A stretch of 63,832 nt of DNA from Minisyncoccota bacterium (GTDB lineage: Bacteria > Patescibacteriota > Minisyncoccia > Phycocordibacterales > UBA9973), in the NCBI GenBank assembly GCA_035714785.1, contig DASTLQ010000016.1, positions 1 through 63,832 of the forward strand. The letters run 5' to 3'. Both the position numbers and the translations under genes were made by a program. Under the pieces are notes generated by a model that made no database searches, was not told where the DNA came from, and saw nothing but the letters and a program-made list of their open reading frames with translations. Each line of letters opens with the position of its first letter. The first letter of the stretch is position 1. Below are positions 61,617 to 63,832 of the stretch, one piece after another.

Positions 61617-62609
61617 TTATACCCTAAATTCAATTACATCGCCGTCTTTGACGATATATTCTTTTCCTTCCACTCGAAGCAAACCCTTTTCTCGAGCCTT
61701 AGCAAAAGAACCTGCTTCTAGAAGTTTGTCGCACTCTATTACTTCCGCGCGAATAAATTTGTCTTTAAAATCAGTATGAATTGCGGCTCCCGCTTCTGGC
61801 GCAGTAGAACCAATATTAATAGTCCATGCCCGAGTCTCGTCTTCGCCCGTAGTAAAATATGTCTCTAAGCCAAGAAGACTATAGCTACCTTTGATTAAGT
61901 CATCAAATCCCTTTTCAAAAACGGAATCAATTTTTACCATCATTCCCGGGACATTTACTTCTACATTTTCATTTGCTTCAGAAGTATTCAAAACGTACAT
62001 CATCGGTTTCAAGGTAAGCAGGTTTAGAGATTTAATTTTAAATTTTTCGTCTGCACTGAGATGAGCCTCCGAAGCTGTATTCCCTGCTTCTAAAATCTTC
62101 TCAACCTTTTTTAAAATGGCTTCTTCGGCGATGGCTTCTTTTTCTCCACGCTTCACATCACGCACTAAATTCCCCAGTCTCTTTGACACCGTTTCCATAT
62201 CAGCCAAAATCAATTCCATATTTATGACCGTAATATCATCTGTTGGTTCTATTTTATTTGAAACATGAATCACGGAAGGGTCTTGAAAAACTCTCACCAC
62301 ATGAGCGATGGCATCTACTTCCCGAATATTAGTAAGAAATTTATTTCCCAATCCTTCCCCCTTTGAAGCTCCCGCCACAAGCCCTGCGATATCCACGAAT
62401 TCAATGACAGCAGGAATTGTTTTTTTAGAATTAGAAAGTTGTGATAGTTTCCCCAGACGTTCATCCGGAACAGGCACAATACCCACGGACGGATCGATAG
62501 TACAAAAAGGATAATTTTCAGCAGGCACGCTTTTCTTAGTCAGCGCATTAAAAAGCGTCGATTTGCCGACGTTTGGAAGACCCACGATTCCGATGGATAA
62601 AGATGACAT
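61617..62609 (-). CDS. ychF: redox-regulated ribosome-binding ATPase YchF
   Basis: GIVGLPNVGKSTLFNALT, FCTIDP, DIAGLV, and a C-terminal TGS-like domain. Confidence 0.93.
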   Translation of the reverse strand: MSSLSIGIVGLPNVGKSTLFNALTKKSVPAENYPFCTIDPSVGIVPVPDERLGKLSQLSNSKKTIPAVIEFVDIAGLVAGASKGEGLGNKFLTNIREVDAIAHVVRVFQDPSVIHVSNKIEPTDDITVINMELILADMETVSKRLGNLVRDVKRGEKEAIAEEAILKKVEKILEAGNTASEAHLSADEKFKIKSLNLLTLKPMMYVLNTSEANENVEVNVPGMMVKIDSVFEKGFDDLIKGSYSLLGLETYFTTGEDETRAWTINIGSTAPEAGAAIHTDFKDKFIRAEVIECDKLLEAGSFAKAREKGLLRVEGKEYIVKDGDVIEFRV

Positions 62610-62660
62610 TGGTATAGTTTATTATTACCTAAAAGATACTAATCAATTTCATGTAGAGAA

Positions 62661-63623
62661 TCAAGAGTATGGATGTCCAAAAGCAAGAGCGACGATACTA
62701 AAAAATGTTAACAAAATTATGTTAGCGGTGTGACGTGTCTTGGCAAAGGGTTTTTGAAGAGGTTCAGGCTCTGGCGAAAGTGTTGTAACCGGAGGAGTTG
62801 CAACCGGCATGGCGGCGGCAAGAGCTACTTCTACTACAGTCTCCTTGGCAGGGGTTTTTGTTTGAGCTACTGGCTTGGTTTGCGCTACTGGTTTAGTTTG
62901 AGCTACGGGCTTGGGCTTAGCGGACGTTGCTGGCTTAGGCTTAGCGGGCGCTGTTTGCGCCCCTTGCACTACTTGCTCGACCTGAATTACTTTTGGAGCT
63001 TGCACTACTTGCTTCACTTGTACTACCTGCTCAGCCTGAACTATCTGCGCTACAGGCGCCACTTGCACTACTTGTGCTACCTGCACGACGGGCGCCACTT
63101 GCACCACTTGCCCAGCACCCGCCATCGGACTCGCATATACCTGTGCCACAAAAATTGTTTCTTGTCCTTGATATGTGCCTGTCGCCACGCCAGTGCCGAT
63201 TTCAGTATAATTCCCTTTCACGATATTATCCCGATGAGTCGGGCTGTTCATCCAAGCATCTACTACATCTCTTGAATTATTAAAATAAATCGCTAAATTC
63301 TCTCCCGCGTAATGATATTTATACCCAGCCTGTGCGAGCCAATGCCAAGGAGTCTTACCCGTAGGACTGGTATGTGCAAAATAGCTGTTGGTAGCCATGT
63401 CTTGCGCTTTCATTTCTGCTGCTCTATTTAATGCTAGATTTACCGTAAGCGGGCTCAGATTTTGCCTTTGACGCTCTATATTTACTAGCTCAGCCAGCAT
63501 GGAGGGTGATATTGTTGCCCCATTTGTAGTATTTGCAGAAGCTAAAGCAGGGAAAGCAAAAGCAGTTATCACCGAGATAGTGATGACTGGGACAACAAAA
63601 GGTTTGGTAAAATACTTTCTCAT
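62661..63623 (-). CDS. secreted CAP/SCP (YkwD-like) domain protein with Val/Gln and Lys/Pro tandem repeats and C-terminal TM anchor
   Basis: Signal peptide ending ALASA. CAP pattern YFAHTSPTGKTPW..YAGENLA..WMNSPTHRDNI. Repeats at aa 171-256. C-terminal hydrophobic NIILLTFFSIVALAF. Confidence 0.8.
   Translation of the reverse strand: MRKYFTKPFVVPVITISVITAFAFPALASANTTNGATISPSMLAELVNIERQRQNLSPLTVNLALNRAAEMKAQDMATNSYFAHTSPTGKTPWHWLAQAGYKYHYAGENLAIYFNNSRDVVDAWMNSPTHRDNIVKGNYTEIGTGVATGTYQGQETIFVAQVYASPMAGAGQVVQVAPVVQVAQVVQVAPVAQIVQAEQVVQVKQVVQAPKVIQVEQVVQGAQTAPAKPKPATSAKPKPVAQTKPVAQTKPVAQTKTPAKETVVEVALAAAMPVATPPVTTLSPEPEPLQKPFAKTRHTANIILLTFFSIVALAFGHPYS
62856..63113 (-). repeat. 18-bp-period coding tandem repeats
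   Basis: (V/A)VQVAP/VVQVxQ hexapeptide units about 8 times, then KPVAQT three times preceded by AKPKP twice. At DNA level ctggcttggtttgcgcta / ctggtttagtttgagcta. Confidence 0.7.
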
Positions 63624-63832
63624 TCAATTAAACCAAAATAACATGAGCACATCATATCACATACACTCTAAATGTCTTTATACGCCATACATTACAACAC
63701 ACTTCGCTTGTAATCCTATGTGTTCGTCCACGGCAATTTAGGTAATGGGGTTTGGTCGATTCTTTCTAGATTATTTAATACACACCACTCTAACCCCCAT
63801 CTGTGTATTACTACAATAGAGGTATCTACTCC

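Noticed and set aside
62730-63283. Plus-strand ORFs 62730-63275 and 62993-63283 over the CAP-protein repeat region.
   Set aside because: These are reverse-frame artefacts of the 18-bp tandem repeats (Leu/Arg/Tyr-rich). The minus-strand frame has a signal peptide, a CAP domain and a TM anchor.

Overview
Gene-dense, AT-rich bacterial chromosomal segment with about 60 protein genes and 6 isolated tRNAs. I saw no rRNA, CRISPR array, or intact transposase or integrase. Core content: a short dcw block (mraZ-rsmH-ftsL-ftsI-murF), ftsA-ftsZ, lysS/valS/leuS, greA, rpsU, ybeY, trxB, tsaD, lepA, ychF, murJ, a Wzy-like/TPR membrane protein, two ABC systems, a GH130-centred sugar cluster, and a 2,899-aa RCC1/Calx-beta/Ig/Fn3 surface giant. 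The fragmented dcw cluster, giant surface protein, scattered tRNAs without encoded CCA and many small membrane proteins fit a small-genome Patescibacteria/CPR-type organism. That assignment is inference from gene content only. Most unusual signals: (1) A dispersed family of GC-rich nested palindromes, core GTAAGGGG-N-CCCCTT[A/G]C flanked by CATG and perfect DnaA-box 9-mers TTATCCACA. There are 11 perfect boxes at 6 loci. The elements sit between transcription units, bracket small cassettes, and occur once in-frame inside a methyltransferase gene. (2) A separate 118-bp, inverted-repeat-bounded, GC-rich in-frame insertion in tsaD. (3) A giant-protein / orphan-receiver / MacB-type ABC operon with a divergent Cys/His-tailed HTH regulator and a 15-bp inverted-repeat operator. 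(4) A cohesin/dockerin-like protein with a T9SS-type C-terminal sorting domain in an apparently non-Bacteroidota context. (5) A 660-bp non-coding gap upstream of mraZ holding two promoter/terminator-delimited candidate ncRNAs. All coordinates were derived by hand from the sequence and ORF track. No database search, HMM scan or RNA folding was run.
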